NCBI GenBank assembly: GCA_951406725.2
Contig: OX597827.1
Coordinates: forward strand, 13,268,001 to 13,332,000
Direction: 5' to 3'
DNA from: Octopus vulgaris
Lineage: Eukaryota
Length of the DNA stretch: 64,000 nt
The position numbers and the translations under genes are program-made. Under the pieces are notes generated by a model. It had not been told where the DNA came from. It did no database searches and worked only from the letters and a program-made list of their open reading frames with translations. This document shows positions 41,230 to 53,976 of the stretch, piece by piece (position 1 is the first letter of the stretch; every line of letters begins with the position of its first letter).

Positions 41230-41549
41230 TGTGCCGGTGGCACGTAAAAAGCACCATCCTTTCGTGGCCGTTGCCAGCCTCGCCTGGCCCCTGTGCCGGT
41301 GGCACGTAAAAAGCACCATCCGTCCGGGGCCGTTTGCCAGCTCCGTCTGGCACCTGTGCGGGTGGCATGTAAAAAGCACCCACTACACTCACGGAGTGGT
41401 TGGCGTTAGGAAGGGCATCTAGCCGTAGAAACACTGCCAGATCAGACTGGGCCTGGTGCAGCCTTCTGGCTTGCCAGACCCCAGTTGAACCGTCCAACCC
41501 ATGCTAGCATGGAAAGCGGACGCTAAATGATGATGATGATGATGATGAT
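41230..41549 (+). mobile_element. SINE-like family A (RTE-type 3' tail ccatgctagcatggaaagcggacgttaaac(gat)n)
   Basis: Other copies at about 426-652 (+), 7435-7611 (+), 19097-19334 (-), 20118-20310 (-), 44628-44815 (-), 49660-49876 (-), 55524-55817 (-), 56574-56832 (+). Confidence 0.82.
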
Positions 41550-41559
41550 TGGAAGAAAT

Positions 41560-42215
41560 ACCATGCAGGATTTGTTTCAGCTCTTAGCATTCTGAGTTCA
41601 AATTCTGCTGAGGTTAGCTTTACTCTATGTTCCACCTTGGGTTGATAAAATAAGTACTCGATGGGTTTGATGTAATCAATTAACATCTTTCCCCTAAAAT
41701 TAGTATCCTTGTGCCAAAATTTGAAACCATTATTACTATTTTTGTTATTGTTGTTATTGTTATTCAGGTTGTAGACTTACAGGATCATTAAACCATTAAA
41801 CAACATGCCTCACAGTATTAGTTTCAGATCTTCACATTCTGAGTTCAAATCTCACTAAGGTCAGCTTCGTTTTCATCCTTCCAGGGTTGACAAAATAAAG
41901 TACCAGTCAAGTTTGGCATTGATATCATTGACTGAGATATCCTCTCTCCCCAAATCCGCAGTCTTGTCAGAAACAACAAATATTGTTATCATTATTAGAA
42001 ATGTGGCAAGCTGGCAGAATTGTTAGCATGCCAGGCAAAATGCGTAGCAGATTTCGTCCATCTTTATGTTCTGGGTTCAAATTCTGCCATGGTCTACTTT
42101 GCCTCTCATCCCTTTAGGGTGAATAAAATAAGTACCAGTTGAGCACTGGGGTCAATGTAACCAACTTAGCCCTGCTCTGAAATTGCTGGCCTGGTGCCGA
42201 AACTTGAAACCATTA
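41560..42215 (+). mobile_element. Cluster of SINE family D copies
   Basis: Repeated ctgagttcaaat..gactttg..catcctt..gataaaataagtacc. Confidence 0.75.
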
Positions 42216-44012
42216 TTTTCATTATTATTTTGGGTGATACAGAAAGTGAGGGTTGAGGGGCAGGCATCACCTTTTAATGTGGATGGGCGTGTCAAGCCTT
42301 GACAGACTGAACGGGCTCATGTGTATGCCTTTCCAAGTAAGAAGGGAGAAACTGGAAGAGGCTACTTTATAATGTGGCTGAGTAAACCAAGCCTTTCTAT
42401 AGGGCTTCTCATGATTCACCCTTGCTGTTCTTCCCCTTTAATGGGAGAAATTTACTTGTTGTACTTTTATTGTTTTATTTTTTGTTTTTGTTGGGGTTTT
42501 TTTTAATGGTCACTGTAAATTCTACTTCCGTGTGTTAGTATTTTGTCTGCATTGAATTCAGCGTTGTAGGCTCGTGTGGCTAACATTAGAAATGTTATTG
42601 TTATTGTTATTGTCGTTGTTGTTGCTGCAGCTGCTGCTGTTGTTGTTGTTGTTCACCAGTTTTGTCTTTAGATCCCATTTGGCTTTGTATCACATTGAAT
42701 TTCTTTCAATCAGTCATTTTTGCTTTCCCCCTCAAGCTACTTTTCTAGAACTATCAATGGATTGCTATAGCTTTTTAGCATAATCATTCTAATATAAGAA
42801 TTGCTATATACCATTCTAGTCCCTATATCCCTTCTGGTTTCATACCATATTGAATTTCTTCTTTCAATCAGTTATTCTTGCTTCCCCTCAAGCTACTGCT
42901 AGAACCATTAACGGATTGCTATAACTTTTTAACTTAATCATTCTTGGCTAGAATTTTACATCCACACTGTAAATGAGAGACTCTTTATCTTGTAAAGCCT
43001 TCACAAGCCTGATATAACTTCTCACTTTCACAGTTGCATCCAAGTACATCTTTTTATCATTTTCTCTTGCATATTAATGGTATAACAGGTTTTCTCAGAG
43101 CCTAATTTACAGCCTTGCACTCCATGGCTTTTACCTCTAAACTGTTTTAGCTTTGGTTTCTCTGAACACTTTCAGAGTTTTCTTTTCAGATTTCAACAAA
43201 TTTTCTATTTCGTTTGCCATTCTCTCCGATCTTTCCATCACCAATTTTTATTTCATCTCCTCTTATTTCTCTTTAAATGGAACATTACACTTTCTTTATT
43301 TATCTTATCCAGGTACTTTTTATTCATCTAAGTTATACCACCTTATCCTCATCACATAACCCATACCACACTAACTTTTTTTCCTTGTAAACATCTTTCA
43401 TAGACTTGAGATTTCTGCCTTAATTTTTCAATGTCCTGAATAACCTTTCATCACTTATTTACCGAATCAGATATTTTTTCAGCGTTTCTAAATTTAATCA
43501 TATTTTTCTTCACTAAATAGATCTACATCTATTACATATCCATTCACTGGAAATGCTCAGCTGTTTCTAGTATTCATTCAATTTATGTTGTCAGGAAGTA
43601 ATTCACTTAAATACCTCAATGTCTGGCCCACAAACAAGCTCTCCCCTCTTTCTCTCTACCTTTCTACTGTACTATAATGGCCTCTGTTCCTTTGAGGCGA
43701 TTGATTTTATGCTACCTCTACTAAAATACACTCATTCATCTTCCCTCTTCTTTTTACACATATTATGTTCCCTCACTACCTCCAGGTTCAGTGATAATCC
43801 AGTCTTTCTTCTTCAGAATATTAATCTCCTGTAATTCTCTCTCAATCAACGTTTTCCCATTAGCTATCAGTGTTCAACTAACTATACAAGAGCAACGTTA
43901 AATTGAGTGATTTCCAGTGGTGTTACATATGGTGAGTGGAGCTGTGAAGCACACAGGTTGGACACTATATATACACATGTGTTTGGTTTAGTTGAAAGTA
44001 TATCACATTTAA

Positions 44013-44233
44013 CCCTTTCGTTACTGTATTTATTTTGAGATGCTCTGTGTTTCTTTCAATTACTTTAAATATAACAAAGAATTAAGTAAAATAACTTGGT
44101 TATCATTAAGCTAGTGTTAGGAACCTAAATTGTGACTAAGGTTTCATGAAAGATTTTAATTCAAAACTTATGAAAACAGGACATTTATACAACAAAGCCA
44201 GAGCTGGTTTCAGCCAGGTTGGTATCAAAAGGG
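44013..44233. mobile_element. piggyBac-type MITE, same family as 35838
   Basis: TTAA|CCCTTTC start; body similar to the 35838 copy; right TTAA degenerate. Confidence 0.72.
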
Positions 44234-44858
44234 TGGAAGGTGGCAACCAGTTTTGCTATCATGCAAGTTGGCCAAAATCCATACTATGCCTCTGCTGATT
44301 TCTCAGGTGTCAAAAGCCTGCAAGGCCTTGTAGACTTAGATCAAACCAATGTTATTCTTTTATTCTTTTTATTTTACTTGTTTCAGTTATTTTGACGGAG
44401 GCCATGCTGGAGCACCACCTTTAGTCAAACAAATCGACCCCCAGGACTTATTCTTTGTAAGTCTACTACTTATTCTATTGGTCTTTTGCCAAACTGCTAA
44501 GTAATGGGAATGTAAAAACACCAACATCAGTTGTCAAGCAATAGTAGGGAACAAAAAGGGACACATAAAACTCGGAGTTTTATCATGGCTACTGAATAAT
44601 TGTCAATTATTACATTTACAGATATATATCATCATCATCATCATCATCATCATCGTTTAGCATCCGCTTTCCATGCTAGCATGGGTTGGACGGTTCAACT
44701 GGGGTCTGGGAAACCAGAAGGCTGCACCAGGCCCAGTCTGATCTGGCAATGTTTCTACGGCTGGATGCCCTTCCTAACGCCAACCACTCCATGAGTGTAG
44801 TGGGTGCTTTTTACGCTACACTCTACACTCACGGAGTGGTTGCATGAGTGTAGAGTGT

Positions 44859-45094
44859 AATTATTTGATAGCCATGATAATACTCTGAGTTTTGGATGCC
44901 AAGGTGGAATTCCATGCCGCCATCAGTTCAGTTACCCAGCCATCAGAAAAAATGCTATGAAAATGACCATTCCCTTTGTGTAACGGTCATTTTCATAGCA
45001 TTTTTTCTGATGGTTGGATAACTGAACAGATGACGGCATGGATTTCCACCTCAGCATCCGAAACTCGGAGTTTTATCTTGGCTACCGAATAATT
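44859..45094. repeat. Inverted repeat (foldback element)
   Basis: Arms of about 110 bp, 16-nt spacer at 44969-44984. Confidence 0.85.
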
Positions 45095-45179
45095 GTCACA
45101 TTTACATTTACAGATAAATTCCTCTATTTACATAATATCGAGGTCTCTTTCATTCTTTTGTTGTCTTACCATTTTTATC

Positions 45180-45277
<98 letters not shown>

Positions 45278-45361
45278 ATTAAATATAGAGATATTAATAT
45301 TGTATAAATAATTATAAAAACCATAATGAAGTGAATTTCGATGGTTGCGGATTGCACTTAC

Positions 45362-45547
45362 TTGATTGTATCGTCCATTAAAATGTCTTTGTTGTTTTTT
45401 AATTGTAATTGATGTAAGATTGAATAATTAATGCTCACGCTCATAACACAGACATTTGAATTAATTTTTAAAATCCAGCCATCCTTTCCAGACGAGATTT
45501 CGTCATACTGAACCAATTGACCCTGAAGTGACTTATATATAATTGAA
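45362..45547 (-). CDS. Candidate exon 3 (186 nt, phase 2-2, SIIYKSLQGQLVQYDEISSGKDGWILKINSNVCVMSVSINYSILHQLQLKNNKDILMDDTI)
   Basis: T-rich acceptor ending cacag|, consensus donor AA|gtaagt, only one of three frames open; unique non-repetitive sequence. Confidence 0.6.
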
Positions 45548-45773
45548 CTGTGATTATGGATATCAGAAAAAAAATATATATAAGTCAAAACAATTTGTTG
45601 GCTTTTATGGTTTTTATAATTATTTATATAATATTATGTTTTGTTATATATTATATTCGTAGCATTTAATCTAATACTGTAATACAAATAAATCATTGAA
45701 TGTCAGTACTATATCTCTATACTTAATTTATCTTTATTATTGAATTATACCAATATTTATATGGTAACCAAAT

Positions 45774-46325
45774 GAAGGTGCAGGAGTGGCTGTGTGGTAA
45801 GTAGCTTGTTTACCAACCACATGGTTCCGGGTTCAGTCCCACTGCGTGGCATCTTGGGCAAGTGTCTTCTGCTATAGCCCCGGGCTGACCAATGCCTTGT
45901 GAGTGGATTTGGTAGACAGAAACTGAAAAGAAGCCTGTCATATATATGTATATCTGTATGTGTGTGTGTGTGTTTGTGTGTCTGTGTTTGTCCCCCTAGC
46001 ATTACTTGACAACCGATGCTGGTGTGTTTACGTCCCCGTCACTTAGCGGTTCGGCAAAAGAGACTGATAGAATAAGTACTGGGCTTACAAAGAATAAGTC
46101 CTGGGGTCGATTTGCTCGACTAAAGGCAGTGCTCCAGCATGGCCACAGTCAAATGACTGAAACAAGTAAAAGAGTATATACACACAATGGATTTCTTTCA
46201 GTTTCTGTCTACCAAATCCACTCACAAGGCTTTGTTTGGCCTGAAGCTATAGTAGAAGGTGCCATGCAGTGGGACTGAACCCAGAACCATGTGGTTGTGA
46301 AGCAAGCTTCTTACCACACAGTCAT
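45774..46325 (+). mobile_element. SINE family B (45774-46175) followed by an inverted partial copy (about 46185-46325)
   Basis: Head on +, tail aaacaagtaaaagagt, then a minus-strand 5' half. Confidence 0.85.
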
Positions 46326-46743
46326 TCCATTTTTTTTTTTAAATGCCAGTTTGTGTAAATATTTTTCTTTTAGTTTTCAGTTTCAGGTTTGTTTTGCTCT
46401 TAATAAAGTGGAATATTGGGCAGAATTGGAAGAAACTGGACAAAACTGCTTTATAGAACTTAATTACATCAGTTTATATTTTGAGTTCAAATTCTACTAA
46501 TGAATCAACTTTGCTTTACATCTTTCATAAGTTTATAAAATATTTACCGATCAACAAATGAGGTGCCTTAGTACTTTTACACCAAGTATGTGGCCTTCTG
46601 TTCAAAATCCAATTTGCAAGGATGTTAGATAAGCAGAATCAAAAACAGTACTTAAATTCCTTTATGAACATCTGTCATGATTAAATTTGCCTCCCATTCT
46701 TTTATCGTCGATGAAACGACTTCTAATAATATACTTTAATCAC

Positions 46744-46791
46744 CTGAATTTATTATACCAATCCTTAAGAAAGTAATATTTACCATCTGCA
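46744..46791 (-). CDS. Candidate exon 2 (48 nt, phase 2-2, ADGKYYFLKDWYNKF)
   Basis: Acceptor gatatcacag|, donor AG|gtgatt, open frame matching both neighbouring exons. Confidence 0.38.
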
Positions 46792-46955
46792 CTGTGATAT
46801 CAATATTTGAAAGATTGTAAATTTTGAAAATGGAATAAAATTATTTGCCTTGTGGAATTGCTTGTATCAAGAGAAGAATTTTAGAATAATCAATGAAATG
46901 AAGCAAAATGTGAATAAACTGTATGATAGGGAGAATTGTCTATTGGACAATTCTC

Positions 46956-47378
46956 GGATCTTTTCGGTTTGAATGGCAGTTTTTTCTAGCGGTGTCATAT
47001 GAAATTGTCACCCATAATTATGACCCAAGAATTGATCTATTGCATTTCAATCTCTTTTAGGTTTAGGGTTAGGGTTAGGGGTGGGGGAAGGGTATCTTTT
47101 TTTTCTTCACAAATGTAAATAAACCCAATCTGTTTCTTAAACGAGGGACGTAGTCATACGGCACAGAATGCTTTTTAACTCAATAGACGTCACTGATTGG
47201 TTGAAATTGCAGAAATTGAAGGAAAACAACAACAAATATCTTACAAAGTATAGAATTTTCTCAATGAGGCCAAGAGAAAAAGATGTTTTATAAACACATT
47301 CTACCAGTATACGAAGTTTAAAATTTTTTAGTTACCTTGAAATTATGTAAAAAACTGCCGTTCAAACCGAAAAGATCC
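46956..47378. mobile_element. MITE, 423 bp, 30-bp TIRs, 8-bp TSD
   Basis: TIR ggatcttttcggtttgaatggcagtttttt (1 mismatch between ends); TSD caattctc at 46948-46955 and 47379-47386. Confidence 0.9.
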
Positions 47379-48262
47379 CAATTCTCTCTCTTATACAGAA
47401 ACATCTGTGGACTTTAATAGAATCTGAACTCTCTCCCTATTTATTGCCTCTTACTTAAGCCCTGCACTAACTACTTTGCTGATTTCTTTCTGTTTAGAAT
47501 ATCAACCCTTTAGAAATTCACACTTTGACCATTTTTTTTTCTCCCCCCCCCTGCCAGCAGATGTTGAGTCACAGATGTTGAAGCTAAACATAAACTATGT
47601 TGATGTCAACAATCTCAGAGAGGAGGTGAATGATGTCAGTTGCTGCCTTTTTCTCCAGGTTTAGACATAAAAAAAAAAAAACATGGTTATAAATAAAACT
47701 ACTATTACAACAAATGAAAATTTACGACCCCTTTTACAAATTAACAATTCCCAATGAAAGAACGGAAGGGGTAAAAGAGGATAAGCTAGATATTGATAAA
47801 ATAGCAGGAACTTAGAAATATTTTGGAAGATGAGATGGGGAAAACAAAAATTCAATTATGCCCAGTATGGATTAAATTCAAAAATAAAACAATGTTTAAC
47901 TCTGTATCATGCAGCTGCTTCTCTGAATCATGTAAACTATAAGAAATAAGATAGAAAATACGAAATCTTCTTAATATGAGCATGATATACAACTACAGTA
48001 TGCCGATAAAATTATTCTTGTAGAAAATACTAAGATAAGAATGAGAATATTAAACAACAAAACAAAATATAGAAAAAAATGACAATAAAAGTTTTACCGT
48101 TTCTATTTTTGTGCTTTCCACATTTTCCAGCACAAAAACTTCTGAAACAGAAAATAATATTGACTATCAAATGGGAGAGAGAGAAAAAAAAGAAAAATAA
48201 ACAATATCTAGCCTCATGTGTATGGATGGAATTGAAATTTTTTGCCCCAATGGAATCTGTAC

Positions 48263-48342
48263 CGATCATTGATGCCTTGGAACAATATCAAAAATGTTTG
48301 GCCACCGTAGTTAGCGAACAGCAATGCTAAAACAAACATCAT
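48263..48342 (-). CDS. Candidate first coding exon of an unrecognised minus-strand gene (MMFVLALLFANYGGQTFLILFQGIND, ends phase 2)
   Basis: ATG with A at -3 and an in-frame TGA just upstream; hydrophobic N-terminus; donor CG|gtacag; a long polypyrimidine tract ending in ag lies about 40 nt upstream of the ATG. Confidence 0.42.
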
Positions 48343-48605
48343 GCTTCAGTTGTATCCACATGTCACACCGAGTGTTTTACTATCATCAGAGGCGAGAGAG
48401 ATGGAAAGAGAGGAGAGGGAGGGAGGGAGGGAATGAGAGAGAAGAAGGAGGCAGGAGAAGGAAGGAGATATTGGAACCATCAGAATGATATTTATGAGAG
48501 AATCTGAGTGAATATGATCAAGGTCCAAAATATAGTGGAACATACAAAAGATAATATCTGCAACTCCACTGCTGCTGCCACTACCGTTATTGTGTGTGTG
48601 TGTGT

Positions 48606-48679
<74 letters not shown>

Positions 48680-49195
48680 ATACATATTTTTAATCTTTGT
48701 TTGTCAAATAGCTAAGTTATAGGACGGTAAAGAACACAAACATTAACAACGCCATCAGTTTTTAGACTGGTTATTGTCAACATAAACACACACACACACA
48801 CACACACATGCATACACATATGCGTACACATGCATTTATATGAATGAAGCCGTGGCTGTGTTACCAGGAAGTTTGCTTGACAACAACTGGGTTTCAGGTT
48901 CAGTCCCATTCCACAGTACCTGGGGCATGTATCTTGTACCGGAGTCCAAGGTGACTTTTGGTCCACCCTGTACACACACACACACATATATAAATATATA
49001 TAGGGAGAATTCACAAAAAAAAACAACAAAAGAAAAAGACAGGTGGTGTACAGAACAAACATGTATTAGTTTAATGCTCGAGAAGTGAAAAAGTCTTTAA
49101 CATTTCGGGCCTATGCTCTTCCACAGAAAGTAACACAGAAAGAAACAAGGAGGGAAAATAAAAGATGTGTAGTGGCTAGTGATCTATCATGGAAA

Positions 49196-49264
<69 letters not shown>

Positions 49265-49353
49265 TCAAAATAAGGGTGAAAAAATTGGATATTAATTTAA
49301 TAACATCAATTTAATAGCAGTGGTTTAGCGCATAAAAAACTGAGATTCAGTAA

Positions 49354-49620
49354 ATATTATTAATACACAAATATGAGAAAGAATCCACTATGTGGACGCT
49401 CTAATGCTAAAGATAGATCCGCAAGTGTCTGAACCACTAAGAATTGTTCTCGAGAAGAATTTAGCGCACTATGAACGTAAGCGAGCAGGACAAATGAAAA
49501 ATAACAAAAATATAGATTAACCCCAGACAATTCTTAGTGGTTCAGGCCCTTGTGGATCTTTCTTTAGTGTTAGAGCATCCACATTGTGGATTCTCTCTCA
49601 TATTTGTGTATTAATAATAT
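49354..49620. repeat. Inverted repeat (MITE-like)
   Basis: 94-bp arms with about 9 mismatches, 79-nt spacer. Confidence 0.88.
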
Positions 49621-49944
49621 ATATATATATATATATACATACATACACATGTATGTATGCATCATCATCATCGTTTAATGTCCACTTTTCATGCTAGCAT
49701 GGGTTGGACGGTTTGACTAAGTACTAGCGAACTAGATCACTGCACCAGATTCCAATCTTGATGTGGCAGAGTTTCTACAGCTGGATGCCCTTCCTAATGC
49801 CAACTGCTCCAAGAGTGTAGTAGGTGCTTTTACATGCCACCAGCACAAGGGCCAGTCAGGTGGTACTGGCAACGGCCTGTATGTATGTATGTATGTATGT
49901 ATGTATAAAATTTATCTTCATCATTATCAGAAGCAGCATTTTAA

Positions 49945-50166
49945 CCCTTTAGTGTTCAGATTACTCTGTTAAATGTAATATTTTTTTAATTCAAATTGTT
50001 TTGAATTAATCATGCATTATCTCATTGCTTAGAGGTTTCAATGATGTGATTGTTTATTTTTAGACTGTCAGTGTAGGTTAGGTGTGAGAGGCTAGATATC
50101 GCCAGTTTGAATATAAAATATGTAGAATATATTGGGCCAGATTTGGCCAGTTTAAACACTAAAGGG
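49945..50166. mobile_element. piggyBac-type MITE, second family
   Basis: TTAA|CCCTTTAGTGTT...AACACTAAAGGG|TTAA; a partial inverted relative ends near 41203. Confidence 0.82.
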
Positions 50167-50499
50167 TTAATGTACATTTATTTATGCTTGCATGAGTCAG
50201 ATAGAATTCACTCAGATGCTGATATGACAAGAAGGCACAAACACACACACATTCACACACTAACACATGATTTTTTTGATTTTGATTTTTCCAGTTTCAG
50301 CTTATGAGCTGTGGCCATGCTGGGGCACCGCCATTAAAACAAATGCTTCGCCCATATAAAACTTTGATAGGTATGGCTTATAGTTGAAGACACTTTTCCA
50401 GTGAGCTACATAGTAGGACTGAACCTGAAACCATGTGATCTGGAAGCAAGCTTCTTAACCATGCAACAAAACCTAAACTTTTCTAAGTATCTCTCTTGC

Positions 50500-50897
50500 T
50501 CTCTTTTACTTGTTTCAGTCATTTGACTGCGGCCATGCTGGAGCACCGCCTTTAGTCGAGCAGATCGACCCCGGGACTTATTCTTTTTAAGCCCAGTACT
50601 TATTCTATTGGTCTCTTTTGCTGAACCGCTAAATGACGGGGGACATAAACACACCAGCATCGGTTGTCAAGCAATGCTAGGGGGACAAACACAGACACAC
50701 AAACATATACACACATATATATATACATATATACGACAGGCTTCTTTCAGTTTCCGTCTACCAAATCCACTCACAAGGCATTGGTTGGCCCAGGGCTATT
50801 GCAGAAGACACTTGCCCAAGGTGCCACGCAGTGGGACTGAACCCGGAACCATGTGGTCGGTAAGCAAGCTACTTACCACACAGCCACTCCTGCGCCT
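50500..50897 (-). mobile_element. SINE family B, young copy (partial older copies at about 50285-50470 and 51912-52285)
   Basis: Full-length similarity. Confidence 0.85.
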
Positions 50898-53430
50898 ATT
50901 TAGAAGTATGCCAGCAATTTTTATAAAAGTATGAACAATAATTTTGCTATACATATTTTGAAAAAATAAAATTGTAATTTTAATCTTGAATATGCAATAT
51001 TTAAAACGATAGATTCAACATACATTTCTTTTCTTTTAGGCAACATTGCCACAGCTACAACCCAAGTTTTTAAGATTTTCTTTATTTTCATTTTGCTTTT
51101 TTTTTATTAATGTTGATGCATTTATAAAACAATTTCTATTTCTTTACCAAGTTTAAGCAAAAAACAGTTACGTATTTAAAAATTTTTTTTTTGTGTTTGT
51201 ATTTTTCACAATGACATTTTTTACAAAATTATAGTTGCTTCACATGTGGAAACTTTAACCAGAGTTTTAGAAATTTTGTTAATATAGAGCCATTGGAACT
51301 TTTGAAGAAAATAACTAAATACACAAGATAAATATTTATGACTGACTTCCTCCTTCCTCGGAGTAATTGTCAATCAGTCACTCACTTTACCTTAGGTCTC
51401 TCTCTATCTAACTTTACAGTTCACACTGATTCTTATATCAGCATCTTGGTGACATGCCACATTCTTAGATTTATCTCATTACAGCATGTCACTTGTACTT
51501 CAATATCTATTTAGAAGTTATCTTTTATTCATTTATAAAACTCAGCTAATTCTATTAGGGCTTTGATTACTCTGTTAGATTCAGAATAGAACAACGGCTT
51601 CATAACAACAAGATTTAGGAAGTTTTTCTCTTATTGCAATGCAATTTCCTTTAATAATTCAGAGCAAAAAGGCAAGTCTAAAACACCTCACGGTTTCAAA
51701 TCAGCAAGATTATTCAGAAATCAAATTTTGTCTTCCAGCTTGACAAAGAAATATTCTCTGTTTAAGCAATTTTCTTGGCAGTGAAATGTTGGTACCAAAT
51801 TTATCAAAATCTCTCTCTCCCTCTTTCCCCTCTCTCTCTTTCTCTCTCTCTGTCACTTTCTCTTTTACCTTATATCTGTTCCTCTTTCTCTGCATATTTA
51901 TTTTCATCCTTATTATTTGTTTCAGTCATTAGACTGTGGCCATGCTGGGGCACTGCTTTCAATGATTTTCATCGAACAAATCAACCCCAGCACTCATATT
52001 TTTTAAGCCTGGTACTTATTCAATCAATCTGTTTTCGCTAAGCCACTAAGTTGTGGAGACATAACCACACCAACACCTGTTGTTAAGTGGTGGTGAGAAA
52101 CAAATACAGGCAGAAACACAAATACACACGCATGGGCTTCTCTCAGTTTCCATCTACCAAATCCACTCAAAAGGCTTCAGTCAGCCTGAGGCTACAGTAG
52201 GAGACACGTGTCTAAACTGTCACACAGGGGAACTGAATTCAAATCTGTGTGGTTGGGAAGCAAACTTCTTACCATCCAGCTGCTCCTATGTATGTATGTA
52301 TATGACAAACGTCGCCCTTTTCAAACCTAGCCAAGCTCATGGGCCCGGTTTCCCGGTTTCTGTGGTGTATGTGTTCCCCCCAGCTGGATGGGATGCCAGT
52401 CCATCGCAGCGTTACTCAAGAAACAGGAAGAGAGAGTGAGAGAAAGTTGTGATGAAAGAGTACAACAGGGGTTGCCAGCAACCCCTGCCTGAACCTTGTG
52501 GAGCTTTTAGGTGTTTCTGCTCAATAAACACACACAACGCCCAGTCTGGGAATTGAAACTGCAATTCTCCGACCGCGAGTCCGCTGCCCTAACCACTGGG
52601 CCATTGCGCCTCCACCAAATAAATGCGCCCTTTTTTAAAGCCTAGCCAGGCTCATGAGCCCAGTTTCCCGGTTTCAATGGTGTATGTGTTCCCCAGCTGG
52701 ACGGGACGTCAGTCCATCGCAGCATTACTCATTTTTGCCAGCTGAGTGGACTGGAGCAAGGTGAAATGAAGTGTTTTGCTCAAGAACACAACACGCCGCC
52801 CAGTCCAGGAATCGAAACCACAATCTTATGATCATGATGCTGACACCCTAACCACTAAGCCACACGTCACCACAGATGTATGTATGTATGTATATATGTG
52901 TATTTATGTTTGCGTGTGTATGTGTGTGTGGTACTGAAACGGTGATTGCAACTAACTAAAATGAAATTTTATCTTTCATCAGTTTCATATCTTGCCTTGA
53001 TTACATTTGCATTCTATTTGCCTAGGGGGTCAATAAAATAAGTACTGACCAAATACTGGCATTGATTTAATGAGCTGTTCCTATTATCCAAAATTTATGG
53101 CTTGTAACTAACTCAAAACCAGAAACAACAACGTAACTCTGGTAGTATCCAAGAAGTTCTTCAACCAAACTACATGGTTTTATTCCGCTAGGCCTGATTT
53201 TTTTTTAGACTACTCCTTCTAACATTTTTATAGCATCTTTGTTTTGATCAACAGAAGTTAAGAAAAACAATTACAGAGAATGATGATGAAGATAATGATC
53301 CTTTCTACTAAAGGAACAAGGGCTGAAAATTTGGGGAAGGGGATTAGTTGATTACATCAAACCCAATGTGATTTTACAAAGATATTTTTTCTAAAAGTTA
53401 AATCAGTTGTGCATAAATGAAGTAATAATG

Positions 53431-53714
53431 CAATTGCAGCGTGGAAGGTGTTTGTAAGCCATTTAAGAAACACAAAAGCCGTTTGATTCACTTCAACATT
53501 TAAGTTTAATTAGTCAAAATATTTTCGTTACTTTAAGACCGCGACCTGTTCACTGACAAATATCCGAGATGCAGCACGGATTTTTGTCAGTGAACAGGTC
53601 GCAGTCTTAAAGCGACGAAAATATTTAGACAAATTAAACTTAAATGTTGAAGTGAATCGAACGGCTTTTGTGTGTTTCTTAAATGGCTTACAAACACCTT
53701 CCACGCTGCAATTG
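53431..53714. repeat. Near-perfect 284-bp palindrome (foldback/MITE-like)
   Basis: Arms of about 136-138 bp, about 8 differences, 10-nt loop. Confidence 0.92.
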
Positions 53715-53784
53715 TTTTCGTTTCAGCACACGATCCAGATCAAATCACTTGCTATGCAAGTACATCTCCGAAATAATAATGAGA

Positions 53785-53968
53785 ACTAAGCAAAATTTTT
53801 GAAAAATTCAAGGAACATCTTGGTTGGGACAAAGAAAGCCTCTTTAATAGGAACAGCAAAGATCTTAGGAACGGTGCTGGATACCTAAGGTTGCAGGATA
53901 TGACTTCCTGTTCACAACAATGAACCAGCATAACATCTAAGACTGAGAGATAAAAACAAATAATACTA
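53785..53968 (+). mobile_element. 3' fragment of an REL-endonuclease (R4/Dong/NeSL-like) LINE
   Basis: KKASLIGTAKILGTVLDT-stop at 53832-53888, then a short 3' UTR and taa-rich tail. Confidence 0.65.
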
Positions 53969-53976
53969 ACCATATT

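Noticed and set aside
47063-47080. Interstitial telomere or chromosome-fusion site
   Set aside because: Only three units, and they lie inside a MITE
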